In this document: positions 28,010 through 38,407 of the stretch, one piece after another
How positions within the stretch are numbered: position 1 is the stretch's first letter
Layout of the letters: every line of letters begins with the position of its first letter
Source of the DNA: an uncultured archaeon
Lineage (GTDB): Archaea; Nanobdellota; Nanobdellia; Pacearchaeales; GW2011-AR1
Reading direction: 5' to 3'
Assembly: GCA_963845205.1 (NCBI GenBank)
Contig: CAWJRC010000002.1
Span: 13,928 to 77,927 of the forward strand
DNA length: 64,000 nucleotides
Notes under the pieces: generated by a model
Told to the model about the DNA's origin: nothing
Databases searched by the model: none
Seen by the model: the letters and a program-made list of their open reading frames with translations, nothing else
Program-made: the position numbers and the translations under genes

Positions 28010-28028
28010 GATTTTATTGAACTTTATT

Positions 28029-29099
28029 ATGCCCAAAGTTTTGGTTACTGGAGGATGTGGATTTTTAGGAAGTCATATTTGTGAACTTTTCAAAAACAAA
28101 GGATGGGAAGTTATTGCATACGACAATATGACAAAGAATGAATTCTCTAGAAATACTTATATGAAACCCGAATCAAGGGAACATAATAAAAAATTTCTTG
28201 AATCTCTTGGAGTTAAAATAATTGTTGAGGATATAAGAGATAAAGAAACATTGATGAAATATTGCGAAGGAGCAGATTATATCTGCCACACTGCTGCACA
28301 ACCTACAATGACTATGTCTTGGGAAGACCCAGTTTTGGATTTTACAACAAATGTCGTAGGAACTTTTAATGTTCTGGAGTGTGCGAGAAAATACAATATC
28401 CCCATTGCGTCATGTAACTCTATTCATTGTTATGGACCAGACAAAATAAATTCGGAATTAAAAGAATTCACAACAAAATTATTTGGATGTGACTGTGAAA
28501 TTAACAGGTATGTAAGAGAACCTGTTTCAATAAATGAAAATGAACCGATCTTACAGGGAGTTGTAACTCCCTTGCATGCATCAAAAATGTCTGCTGAAAA
28601 TTATATTCGATGTTATATAGACACTTTTAAGATTAAGGCAGCAAGCTTCAGGCTTACGGGAATTTATGGACCGAATCAATTTGGGGGGGAGGATCATGGG
28701 TGGGTTGCTAATTTTGCCATAAGAAATGTTTTAGATCTACCGTTAACAGTATTTGGAACAGGAAAACAATTAAGGGATATACTTTATGCGACTGATGTTG
28801 CTGAAGCTTTCTGGTGTTTTTATCAAAATCCTGTTCCAGGAATTTACAATATTGGCGGGGGAGAAAAAACAATGATTTCGCTTATTGAATGTATAAAATT
28901 AATCGAAAAAATTACAGGAAAAAAATCAAATTTAAAATTTGACAAGGAAAGGTTTGGTGATTTAAGATATTATGTTTCAGATACAAGTAAAGCAAAAAAA
29001 ATTCTGGGATGGGAACCCAAAGTCCTTCCTGATGAAGGGGTGAGGAGATTAATTGAATGGATTAATAAAAACAGAACCTTATTCTACAATTCTGTATAA
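28029..29099 (+). CDS. SDR-family NAD-dependent sugar epimerase (CDP-paratose 2-epimerase-like)
   Basis: VLVTGGCGFLGSH, a SKMSAE-type catalytic region, and YGPNQFGGEDHGWVANF..GTGKQLRDILY. Confidence 0.75.
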   Translation: MPKVLVTGGCGFLGSHICELFKNKGWEVIAYDNMTKNEFSRNTYMKPESREHNKKFLESLGVKIIVEDIRDKETLMKYCEGADYICHTAAQPTMTMSWEDPVLDFTTNVVGTFNVLECARKYNIPIASCNSIHCYGPDKINSELKEFTTKLFGCDCEINRYVREPVSINENEPILQGVVTPLHASKMSAENYIRCYIDTFKIKAASFRLTGIYGPNQFGGEDHGWVANFAIRNVLDLPLTVFGTGKQLRDILYATDVAEAFWCFYQNPVPGIYNIGGGEKTMISLIECIKLIEKITGKKSNLKFDKERFGDLRYYVSDTSKAKKILGWEPKVLPDEGVRRLIEWINKNRTLFYNSV

Positions 29100-29123
29100 T
29101 TTTATAAACCAATACTAAAAAAC

Positions 29124-30659
29124 ATGGAGAAAAAAATTTTATTTTTGAAAGCGAGAACAGGAATGGACGACCCTTCCCCCCCAATGTCATTCAGTTTTCT
29201 TGGAAGGATAGCTAAAGAAGAAGGATTTAAAGTTCTTGTAGAAAATTTAAATGCACAATACAATCAAAAAACACACAAAGACATTATCGAATTGATTAAA
29301 AAAGAAAATCCGGACATTGTTGGAGTTCATATGTTCACGAATGCTTCAAGAGATTCTTACAGATTAATAGAAGATATTCGTCCAGTTTGCAGATTGATAA
29401 TAGCAGGAGGACCACACCCAACCGCAAGACCAGAAGAAGTCCTTGAAAGAGGCGTTGATATAGCATTTATGGGGGAGGCTGAAATTTCATTCAGGAATTT
29501 CCTTAAGACTTTCCTTAAAAATAAAAATTTTTCAAAAGTCAAGGGTATTGCATACAAAGAAAACGGAAAGGTTATAATAACCAAACCTGAAAGCATAGTA
29601 GAAGACTTGGATGAAATTCCGATGCCCGAAAAAGAAGTACACAGAATAAGCGATTATGCAAGAATAAAAGATGAAATAAACAATTTAGGGCAGATCTTAT
29701 CGACAAGAGGATGCCCGGGAAGATGTGCATATTGTTTCTCTTTATTCAGCAAATGTTACAGATGCGTATCGGCAAAAAATGTTTTCAAAGAAATAAATGT
29801 TCTTCATGATAAATACGGAATAAATTACATAAATTTTATTGATGATGCGTTTACAATTAACAAAAAAAGGCTTTACGAATTATGTGACTTGCTAAAATCC
29901 AGCAATTTAAAGATAGGATGGAGCTGTTGCACTAGAGTTGATTTTCTTGATCAGGAAATGATAAAAAAAATGAAAGAGGCAGGATGCGACATGATTACTT
30001 TTGGAATTGAAAGCGCTCTTTCAAGTACTTTAAAAAAGGTTAAGAAAACAGCAAATCCAAAATGGTATATCCAACATGCAGATGATTTGTTAAACTGGGG
30101 TTATGATGAAGGAATCCGTGTGGGGGTTAATATCCTTACTGGCTTCCCTTGGGAAACTGCAGAGGACATGAAGAAAATGCAGAGATATATTAATCACATA
30201 AAGAAAAAAGTAACGCAAGGTTTTTATGGGGGGATATTACAGCCACAGCCAGGAACAGACATTTACAATGAATATGCAAAGAAATATGGTTTTGAGGATT
30301 GGTGGCTTTATAAAAAACCATTATTCAAAGATGATTACAGACCTTTCTTCATGGCATATTATAACCCTTACTGGGATCATTTACATAATAATTTTTTTAA
30401 GTTTGATAAAAAAAAGTTCAAAGAAATCGATAAACTTTACAAATTGATGGGAAAATGGAATCTATACATTATAACAAAAAGAAGATTCAAAAATGCATTA
30501 GTGGTCAATACTATGTACATATCTATTTTTTTATTGAGCAAGATTTCTGTTTTGCTTTTTGATATCTCCCCTGATTTAGAAAAAAAATTGATGGAAGGCT
30601 TGAAAAAATTCAGCTATAGATTTAAATTCAGAAAAGGTACAGAGAATAAAAAATTGTGA
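29124..30659 (+). CDS. class B (B12-binding domain) radical SAM enzyme
   Basis: IVGVHMFT..IIAGGPHPT..FMGEAE, then STRGCPGRCAYC. Confidence 0.85.
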   Translation: MEKKILFLKARTGMDDPSPPMSFSFLGRIAKEEGFKVLVENLNAQYNQKTHKDIIELIKKENPDIVGVHMFTNASRDSYRLIEDIRPVCRLIIAGGPHPTARPEEVLERGVDIAFMGEAEISFRNFLKTFLKNKNFSKVKGIAYKENGKVIITKPESIVEDLDEIPMPEKEVHRISDYARIKDEINNLGQILSTRGCPGRCAYCFSLFSKCYRCVSAKNVFKEINVLHDKYGINYINFIDDAFTINKKRLYELCDLLKSSNLKIGWSCCTRVDFLDQEMIKKMKEAGCDMITFGIESALSSTLKKVKKTANPKWYIQHADDLLNWGYDEGIRVGVNILTGFPWETAEDMKKMQRYINHIKKKVTQGFYGGILQPQPGTDIYNEYAKKYGFEDWWLYKKPLFKDDYRPFFMAYYNPYWDHLHNNFFKFDKKKFKEIDKLYKLMGKWNLYIITKRRFKNALVVNTMYISIFLLSKISVLLFDISPDLEKKLMEGLKKFSYRFKFRKGTENKKL

Positions 30660-30661
30660 AA

Positions 30662-31834
30662 ATGCAAAAAATAAAAGTTATTCATATTTCTCACGCTTCG
30701 GTTTCTGTTTATATGCATGGGCAAAAGACCTTGAAACAAATGATTTTAGATGATTGGTACTCTCTTACTGCCCAACAGATTAAGAAATATAATCCGGAAA
30801 TAGAAATTGAATGCTGGACCCCTGAAAAAGCATTTAAAACCCAACAAGAATTTTCTTATAACGGAATCAAATATAGACAATTTCCTACTATATTTTCTCC
30901 GGTTTATGGTTTAGATTTATCTACAGAAATGTTGGGTGCTATCCGCCAAGAGATCAATAAAACTGAAAAAGAAGGAGTTAAATTGATACTTCACTTGCAT
31001 GAATATCATAATCTTCATGGACTTTTTATAGCAACCCGATTTAAAGACGCAAACATTATTGCCCAACATCATGGGGGAAGCTGGCCGTTAAAACACGTAA
31101 AACAAACAAAGAGATACAGATTATTTTTTCCATTTTTCTTTTTTGGGCAAATATGGGAAAACCATGTTTTAAGAAATATAAGGGAATTTTATGTATTAAG
31201 CCAGGAAGAGATTAATTATCTAAAGAAGATTGCTCCAAAATCAGTTATTAAATTTCAAACTATGGGAATAGAAGAAGAATTTTTTAAGAAAGAAAATAAG
31301 AAAGATGCAAGAAAAAAAATTAAATGGAACCAAGAAGATAAAATTGTCTTATATCTCGGAAGGCTGATAAATCAAAAGGGTATTGGTTATCTTATTGATG
31401 CGATGCAAAGTCTTCCAGACGTTAAATTAAAAGTTATAGGCTGGGGGGAACTTGATTTTTTTAAGAAATATGCTGATTCTAAAAATCTAAAAAATGTTGA
31501 ATTTCTTGGGCCAATATTCGGAGAGAAAAAATTGGTTTATCTGGCTGCGGCCGATGCATTAGTTCTACCTTCAATGAAAGAAGGGGCTCCGGTTACTGTT
31601 ATGGAATCTTTAGCCAGGAATACTCCTGTTGTAGTAACTGACATTGGAGGAGTTCCGATGATGATAGAAAACGGAAAAGAGGGGATAATAATAAAACAGA
31701 AAAGTTCAGAAGAGATTGTAAGGGGGATAAAAGAAATATTAAAATGGAAAAAGAAAAATGTTCAACAAAGTGCCAATAAGTACAAATGGAAAAAAATTGT
31801 TGAAGATACATTAAATGACTATAAAACTATTTAA
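30662..31834 (+). CDS. GT4 family glycosyltransferase
   Basis: GT-B pattern with a C-terminal LVLPSMKEGAPVTVMESLARNTPVVVTDIGG (EX7E-type region). Confidence 0.8.
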   Translation: MQKIKVIHISHASVSVYMHGQKTLKQMILDDWYSLTAQQIKKYNPEIEIECWTPEKAFKTQQEFSYNGIKYRQFPTIFSPVYGLDLSTEMLGAIRQEINKTEKEGVKLILHLHEYHNLHGLFIATRFKDANIIAQHHGGSWPLKHVKQTKRYRLFFPFFFFGQIWENHVLRNIREFYVLSQEEINYLKKIAPKSVIKFQTMGIEEEFFKKENKKDARKKIKWNQEDKIVLYLGRLINQKGIGYLIDAMQSLPDVKLKVIGWGELDFFKKYADSKNLKNVEFLGPIFGEKKLVYLAAADALVLPSMKEGAPVTVMESLARNTPVVVTDIGGVPMMIENGKEGIIIKQKSSEEIVRGIKEILKWKKKNVQQSANKYKWKKIVEDTLNDYKTI

Positions 31835-31858
31835 ATATTAGAAGTTTTAATCAAAAAA

Positions 31859-32596
31859 ATGAAAAGTGTAAATCAAAATAGATGGGATATAGCACAGAAA
31901 TCTGAAGTAGAGTATTGGGATACAGAATGGGACAGTGCCTCATTAAAAAGCAAAATGGAAGGATACTACAAAGAAAAGTTAGACAGATTATTAAAAATAT
32001 GGGATAGATATATCAAATTAAAGAGCAGCAGCAAAATTTTACAAATAGGCTGTGGCCCGCTAGATTTAATAAATTATTTTAAAATAGGCAAAAGATATTC
32101 AATAGACCCTCTTGCAGATATGTACAAGAAAAAGTTTGATATTGATTATAAATCAACAAATTTAAAAAAAGCAAGCGGGGAAAATATCCCCTTCCCAGAT
32201 AATTATTTTGATTTAGTCATCATTAACAATGTAATTGATCATACCCATCTTCCAGAGAAAGTAATGGAAGAAATACATAGAGTTCTCAAAAAGGACGGGA
32301 TTTTAAGCTTAGATGTACAAACTTACCAGAAATCATTTCTAATTTTGGCAAAAATTTATGGTTTTTTTAAAAAAATTTTCAAAAAAGAAATGTTCAACAT
32401 TCATCACCCTTATATGTTCCAAGTATCGGATGTAAACAAACTAGTTGGGAAAGATTTTAATATTGTTTACAGAGAATTTGAAGATAAAAAACAATTAAAG
32501 GAGGATAGGAAAAAACAGAAATTTGCGTTAAGACTCTTATCCAGATTTGGAATTTTGGGAAATATATTTTATACGGTAATAGGAACTAAAAAATAA
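31859..32596 (+). CDS. class I SAM-dependent methyltransferase
   Basis: ILQIGCGPLD motif I and DLVIINNVIDH..VLKKDGIL. Confidence 0.75.
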   Translation: MKSVNQNRWDIAQKSEVEYWDTEWDSASLKSKMEGYYKEKLDRLLKIWDRYIKLKSSSKILQIGCGPLDLINYFKIGKRYSIDPLADMYKKKFDIDYKSTNLKKASGENIPFPDNYFDLVIINNVIDHTHLPEKVMEEIHRVLKKDGILSLDVQTYQKSFLILAKIYGFFKKIFKKEMFNIHHPYMFQVSDVNKLVGKDFNIVYREFEDKKQLKEDRKKQKFALRLLSRFGILGNIFYTVIGTKK

Positions 32597-32642
32597 AGGA
32601 ATTCTTAGGAAAATTTATATATAGATTATTATCAAATGGAAT

Positions 32643-33710
32643 ATGGCATATAAAAAAATGCGCTTAAGGAAGTATTATGATGTTATAAAAAGCAACAATT
32701 CTTTTTTCAAAGCAAATTTTAGTCAGCAGCTAAAGATAATTTCAAATATCTTAAAATTTATGAAGACAAATTCCACAAAACCTCTTATTATCTCTAATAA
32801 ACCAGTTATAGCACAAATAGAACCTACTTCTTTATGCAACCTGAAATGTGAAATGTGCATACGGGAGAAGACAGGAGTCCCGATAGGAACAATGACTTTT
32901 GAGAATTTTAAGAAAATATTAGATAAACTCGATTCTTTATTTAAAATTCATCTATCAGGGCAGGGTGAACCATTCCTTAACCCTGAAATTTTTAAAATGA
33001 TTGATTATGCTAATAAAAGGGGCATAACTGTTTTTTTCACTACAAATGCAACTGTCTTAACAAAAGAAGTTATAGAAAAAATGTGCGAAGTAGAAATCGG
33101 GGAGATAGGAATTTCAATAGACTCAACAAAAAAAGAAGTATATGAAAAAATAAGGAGGGGAGCTAATTTTGAGAAAGTAAAGAATAATGTTAAAAATCTA
33201 GCATTTGAATTTAAAAAAAGAAAAAAGAAAACTATACTCAGCACCACTGCAGTGATAATGAAGAGCAATATCGACGAAGTGGAAGAATTTGTTCTTTTTG
33301 CTAATGAACTAGGAATTAAAAAAGTAGGTTTTCAAACTATGCAGGAAAAAGAAGATTATATCACAATGTACGATTCCCCTGTAAAAAAGCAAACAGTAAG
33401 CAATTTCAATTCTAAACTAAAAGAGAAGATAAGAAAAGCTAGAGTATTAGCTGATAAATACCACATATCATTAATTTTTGATGAAGAAAAAAGCCCAGGT
33501 TGTGTGTGGCCTTGGAGAAGTATTTACATAACCTGGAACGGGTATGTCACTCCTTGCTGCAAAATATTAAATTACAACAAACCCTATTTTGGAAATATTT
33601 TAAATGAGGATTTTTGGAAGATATGGAACGGGAAAAATTACCAAGAATACAGAAGGCTATTAAAGAATAGAAATGCTCCTGCAAATTGCGTTGGATGTTC
33701 AATGATCTAA
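32643..33710 (+). CDS. radical SAM / SPASM-domain protein
   Basis: IEPTSLCNLKCEMC, GQGEPFLNP, and a C-terminal GCVWPW..GYVTPCC..CVGC. Confidence 0.85.
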   Translation: MAYKKMRLRKYYDVIKSNNSFFKANFSQQLKIISNILKFMKTNSTKPLIISNKPVIAQIEPTSLCNLKCEMCIREKTGVPIGTMTFENFKKILDKLDSLFKIHLSGQGEPFLNPEIFKMIDYANKRGITVFFTTNATVLTKEVIEKMCEVEIGEIGISIDSTKKEVYEKIRRGANFEKVKNNVKNLAFEFKKRKKKTILSTTAVIMKSNIDEVEEFVLFANELGIKKVGFQTMQEKEDYITMYDSPVKKQTVSNFNSKLKEKIRKARVLADKYHISLIFDEEKSPGCVWPWRSIYITWNGYVTPCCKILNYNKPYFGNILNEDFWKIWNGKNYQEYRRLLKNRNAPANCVGCSMI

Positions 33711-34322
33711 TTCAAGAACATACAAAGTATCTCTTGAGAAACTCTGAGGAAAAATATTTCCTAAAATATTTTTTATACTCTGCGGCACCAAAGCAGGTTT
33801 TATTGGGGGGATAGGTATTTTTTTGACTATTTTAAATCCATTATTTGCTAAAAAATTTTCTCCGTATTTTATAGAAAAAAAATGCAAATGGCCATAAGGG
33901 TCAAATGGATTTTCGGTCAGAGGTTTATTAAAAATGAATCTTATTTTATTTAATATATGATAATCATTTGGAAGGGTAATGATCAACTTACCAGTTTCAT
34001 TCAAGCGGTTTTTAGATTCTTTTAATAATTTTTCCGGATCTGAAAGATGTTCAAGTATGTCCAAAAGGAGAACATAATCAAATTTCTCTTCTTTAAATGG
34101 GAGGGAGTCTTTGTTGAGGTCTACTGCTTTTGCATTTATTCCCTGTTTAGTTAGCTGATTTATCATATTTTTATCTACATCAACAGCATAGTAAACCGGA
34201 TTGTCCAAGAAATCTTTTAACTTTCCATCATTGCAACCGATGTCCAATATTTTTGAATTTGCAGGAATAAATTTCTTTACTTCACTAAACTTGTTTTTTA
34301 AAAATAGTTCGTTGTCGCTCAT
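33699..34322 (-). CDS. class I SAM-dependent methyltransferase
   Basis: ILDIGCNDGK motif I and YVLLLDILEHL. Confidence 0.75.
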   Translation of the reverse strand: MSDNELFLKNKFSEVKKFIPANSKILDIGCNDGKLKDFLDNPVYYAVDVDKNMINQLTKQGINAKAVDLNKDSLPFKEEKFDYVLLLDILEHLSDPEKLLKESKNRLNETGKLIITLPNDYHILNKIRFIFNKPLTENPFDPYGHLHFFSIKYGENFLANNGFKIVKKIPIPPIKPALVPQSIKNILGNIFPQSFSRDTLYVLELDH

Positions 34323-34329
34323 GTTAATT

Positions 34330-35319
34330 TTATTCTTTATGAATATATTCTGTAGGAAGATTTTTTATAGTTTCCCAATTATTCTCTACCCAATCTATAC
34401 ATCCCTGTATTCCTTCTTCAATTTCAATCTTTGGTTTCCAATTAAAAATTTTTCTTGCTTTTTCAGAATTTAATATATATTCTTTATCCTGGCCCTTTCT
34501 ATCCCCAACAATATCTACTGCATCTTCAAAATTTTTGTTCATCTTTTTACAGATAATTTTTACGATAGATTCTATAGAATATCCTTTTTCAGGAGATAAA
34601 TGATACACTTCACCTATTTCTCCCTGTTCCATTATGCTCAAAGTCCCGTTACAATTATCGCCGATATGCATATAAGATTTTATTGCCTTCCCTCCACCCT
34701 GTAATTTTATCTTTTCATCTTTTTTTATTTTTATTGCAGATATGGGAATTATTCGGTATAATTGTTGTCCTGGGCCATAAACATTTGTAGATCTCACAAA
34801 TACTGCAGGAAAATTAAAATTTTTTGAAATTGTCTGAATGAACATATCTCCTGCAGCCTTTGATGCAGCGTATGGCGTGCTTGGGTTGTAAGAGGTTTGT
34901 TCTTCTCGAAGATTACTTACTGACCCATATACCTCTGGAGAAGAAATTTGTACATATTTTTTTAAGAACGGCAATTTTCTCAGCCTGTCGGTAAGATTCA
35001 CGATTGAAAGGCAATTAGTTTTAAACCAATGAGAGGGATTCTCCCAGCTTTGACCAACCATGCCCTGAGCAGCATAGTTTACAACATAATCTACTTTTTC
35101 TTTATCGAATAAATCAATAAATTTGTCTAAATCTTTATTCAGATCCATTTGATAAAACTTAAATCTTGAATCCCCATGTCTTTTATATGGAAGGAATACA
35201 GGATTATATTCTGGCGATCTGCTTATCCCTATAACTTCATAATCGCGATTTTCTAAGAGGTAATCTACTAGATTACTTCCTGAAAAAGAATTGCTACCGA
35301 TAACAGCTACTTTTTCCAT
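34330..35319 (-). CDS. SDR-family NAD-dependent sugar 4,6-dehydratase/epimerase
   Basis: VAVIGSNSFSGSN, the YAASK catalytic dyad and NVYGPGQ. Confidence 0.8.
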   Translation of the reverse strand: MEKVAVIGSNSFSGSNLVDYLLENRDYEVIGISRSPEYNPVFLPYKRHGDSRFKFYQMDLNKDLDKFIDLFDKEKVDYVVNYAAQGMVGQSWENPSHWFKTNCLSIVNLTDRLRKLPFLKKYVQISSPEVYGSVSNLREEQTSYNPSTPYAASKAAGDMFIQTISKNFNFPAVFVRSTNVYGPGQQLYRIIPISAIKIKKDEKIKLQGGGKAIKSYMHIGDNCNGTLSIMEQGEIGEVYHLSPEKGYSIESIVKIICKKMNKNFEDAVDIVGDRKGQDKEYILNSEKARKIFNWKPKIEIEEGIQGCIDWVENNWETIKNLPTEYIHKE

Positions 35320-35338
35320 TTTCTACTCAAGAAATAAT

Positions 35339-35357
35339 GGTTTTTAAGGATTATTAA
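35339..35357 (-). promoter_or_regulatory. second copy of the conserved 19-nt element
   Basis: Identical to 27936-27954. Confidence 0.45.
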
Positions 35358-35423
35358 GCAAAGATACTTTTACATAAATAACAACTACAGAAAATTTATA
35401 AAATCAGCTTAGTAGGGGGAATT

Positions 35424-36683
35424 ATGATCGAAAGGAAAAAGCAAATTGTTTTCGTAGAACCTTTTCCAACAGTAATGATCTACAAGATAGCCAGACTACT
35501 AAAAAAGAAAGGATACGAAACAGTATTAATCAAGCTTATGAAATCCGGAGCTTCTGAAGATTTCCATCTTGGGGGATTTGATAAAGTAATCTCTTTTAAT
35601 ATAGAATATAATCAAGTGAACATAAAAAATATTCCAAAAATTTTAAAATCTTTTTTAAAAACTTCTAATGATAATCTAAAAGCCTTTTTGGAAGTAATAA
35701 AATTAAGGCCCTATGTTGTTTTCGCAAGATCATGCCCAAGCTGGCCATGCGCAATTACAAGAGTTTTTACAAGAAAAGCAGCTTTTATTTATTTTCCCTA
35801 TGATATACGATGCCAATATTATGATAGCATAAAAAAAGCTAGAAAAAGCGGGATTCCGAGCTTTGAAATCAAAGCTGAAAGATTTTGTTTTGAAAATGCA
35901 GAGGGAGTAATGCATAAGGGAAGTCCAGAAGAATTAAAATTGTTAAATGGGAGAATGTTGGGAGATAATGTAAAGCTTCCAAGATATCAATTAAACTTTT
36001 TGCCATACTGTTTAAAGGAGTTTATTTTGCCGATAAACAAAAACAAACTTTCAAAAAAAGATAAAGAAATACATATCGCATTTGTGAACTCTATAGGTAC
36101 AGCGGGCCCTATGAGCGGCTTACCTGTTTTTGAAAATATCAAACTATTTATATCAATGGGAATACATGTTCATGTTTATTCAAGGCCAAATTCAATTTCT
36201 CAAGAACAACTAAGGCAATTTTTTATAGAAGATTCTGAATTTACAAGAAGGTACAGCGATGTTTTGAAATCTAAATTTTTTCACCTCCATAATCCTGTTG
36301 AACCCGATAAATTAAGTGAGGAACTATCCCAATATGATTTCGGCATGTGGACTGCGGATGAAAATCTTGATGAGGGAGATATAAATTTAGATAACGCAAT
36401 TGGCAACAAATTAGCCAGTTATCTTGAAGCTGGAATAGGTTTAGTCTCTCACAGATATAACAAGTTCATTAATCAAGTAAGCAAAAAATATGGCATTTTG
36501 ATAGAATATGATTTGGGGGATAAAAAAATTAAAGAACTCAAGAAATCTTTTTCTAAATTAAACTTAAAAAAATTGGAAAAGAATGTGATTAAAGCAAGAG
36601 AAGATTTTCTGATGGATAAGCATATAGGGGAATTAGAACAGTTTATGATTAAAGTTGCTGAATCAAAAAGAATTTCTAGATAG
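35424..36683 (+). CDS. hypothetical protein, possibly a divergent GT-B-fold glycosyltransferase
   Basis: 419 aa with two Rossmann-like halves (IVFVEPFP..; IHIAFVNSIG..GNKLASYLEAGIGLVS). No canonical motifs I can name. Confidence 0.35.
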   Translation: MIERKKQIVFVEPFPTVMIYKIARLLKKKGYETVLIKLMKSGASEDFHLGGFDKVISFNIEYNQVNIKNIPKILKSFLKTSNDNLKAFLEVIKLRPYVVFARSCPSWPCAITRVFTRKAAFIYFPYDIRCQYYDSIKKARKSGIPSFEIKAERFCFENAEGVMHKGSPEELKLLNGRMLGDNVKLPRYQLNFLPYCLKEFILPINKNKLSKKDKEIHIAFVNSIGTAGPMSGLPVFENIKLFISMGIHVHVYSRPNSISQEQLRQFFIEDSEFTRRYSDVLKSKFFHLHNPVEPDKLSEELSQYDFGMWTADENLDEGDINLDNAIGNKLASYLEAGIGLVSHRYNKFINQVSKKYGILIEYDLGDKKIKELKKSFSKLNLKKLEKNVIKAREDFLMDKHIGELEQFMIKVAESKRISR

Positions 36684-36733
36684 ATTAAATCAGGGATATA
36701 AAAATTTAAATAAGGGGATAATAAAAAGTTACT

Positions 36734-38353
36734 ATGGAAATTTTACTGATAATCCCTCGATATTTATATTCAAGTAAAGATACCAAACCCAATTATAATT
36801 ATTATTTTCCTATTGGTATCCCCTATATTTATTCCGTAATGAAAGAGAAAGGTTATAACGTTGAACCATACAATCTAAATCATGAAGAAGGGAAGATTAA
36901 TGAATTAGTAAAGAAAAAATTAGATAGTAAACAATACGACTTAGTCTGTACAGGAGGAATTGCTATAGATTATTTATCAATAGAAAAAATCATAGACACT
37001 TGTAAATCTCATAAGAGCAATCCAAAAGTAATATTGGGTGGCGCGTTGCTTACAAGTAATAAAGAGATTGTATCAAAAAATCTAAATTTTGACATTGGAG
37101 TGATAGGGGAGGGAGAAGTCACTATAATAGAAATATTAGATCATTTGAAAAACGGAAAAAGCATAAAAGAGGTAAAGGGGATTTGTTATAAAGATGAAGA
37201 TAAGGGAATAGTTTTTACCTTGCCAAGAGAGCAAATTGAAGATTTAGATTCCCTGCCTTTTCCTGATTATGGGGCATTTGGATTCGAAAAATTTTTGGAT
37301 AACATGGATTCTTTATTGACAAGTTTTGGATTGATGGATTACCCCCGGACTTATCCAATTTTAGGAAGCAGAGGTTGTCCTTTTCAATGCACCTTCTGCC
37401 ACCATTCAATCGGATCAAAATACAGAAAGAGGTCCATAAAGAATATAATTAAAGAAATAGAATTTGCAATAAATAAATATGATATAAATTCTTTTAATTT
37501 AAATGATGATTTATTCTCTGCGGATAAAGAAAGACTTTATGAATTTTGCAAAGAGATTAAAAAGTTGGATAAAAAATATTCAAAAAAATTATTATGGTGG
37601 TGCCAGCTATGGGTGGGGGCAGTTGATGAAAAAATGCTGAATACTCTAAAAGATTCGGGCTGTCTTTATGTTTCATTCGGTTTTGAAAGTTATAACAAAG
37701 AGGTTCTTAAAAGTATGAAAAAGCCGATTACTCCCGAGCAAATAGATGCGGCCATAAAATTATGCATAAAGACCAAAATGCCAATACTGGGAAATTTTAT
37801 ATTTGGAGACCTTGCTGAAACAAAAGAAACCTCAAAAGAAACGCTGGATTATTGGAAGGAAAATTGCAGAGGACAGGTAAAATTATTTTTTATACATCCA
37901 TATCCCGGAAGTGAAATTTACGCAAGTTGCATAAAAAGGGGGATAATTAAGGACGAATTAAATTTCATAAAAAATGAAATGCATCATACTTATATCAGAA
38001 ATATGACTTTAAAGATGGATAACAAAGACTTTGAAGAGTTAAAGAATGAAGTATACAACTTAACAAGGATAGATATTCCCTACAAAGTTCCTTTTAAAAT
38101 TAAAAATGAAGGAAGAAGCAGGTATGAATTATCTATAAAATGTCCTTTTTGTAAAGAGAAAGTAACCATAAAAAATTGTCTCATAAAAAATAAAAGATAT
38201 TTCACTTCCTTGTTTATATGCCGGAATTGCAACTTGAAGTATAATATATGCAGCAGGCTATACAAATTTACTATGGACCATTATTTAGAATTAGATCTGT
38301 TTAGAAGGAATTATTTAATCTTTAGAGACAAATTTTTAAAAAATAGACTTTAA
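36734..38353 (+). CDS. class B (B12-binding domain) radical SAM enzyme with a C-terminal Cys4 zinc-ribbon-like tail
   Basis: LVCTGGIA..ILGGALLT..VIGEGE, then GSRGCPFQCTFC. The tail reads CPFCKE..CRNC. Confidence 0.85.
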   Translation: MEILLIIPRYLYSSKDTKPNYNYYFPIGIPYIYSVMKEKGYNVEPYNLNHEEGKINELVKKKLDSKQYDLVCTGGIAIDYLSIEKIIDTCKSHKSNPKVILGGALLTSNKEIVSKNLNFDIGVIGEGEVTIIEILDHLKNGKSIKEVKGICYKDEDKGIVFTLPREQIEDLDSLPFPDYGAFGFEKFLDNMDSLLTSFGLMDYPRTYPILGSRGCPFQCTFCHHSIGSKYRKRSIKNIIKEIEFAINKYDINSFNLNDDLFSADKERLYEFCKEIKKLDKKYSKKLLWWCQLWVGAVDEKMLNTLKDSGCLYVSFGFESYNKEVLKSMKKPITPEQIDAAIKLCIKTKMPILGNFIFGDLAETKETSKETLDYWKENCRGQVKLFFIHPYPGSEIYASCIKRGIIKDELNFIKNEMHHTYIRNMTLKMDNKDFEELKNEVYNLTRIDIPYKVPFKIKNEGRSRYELSIKCPFCKEKVTIKNCLIKNKRYFTSLFICRNCNLKYNICSRLYKFTMDHYLELDLFRRNYLIFRDKFLKNRL

Positions 38354-38407
38354 TTTTTATAGAAATTAACAATAATCTTTATAAATTGTTATTTATTCCG
38401 AAAAAGA

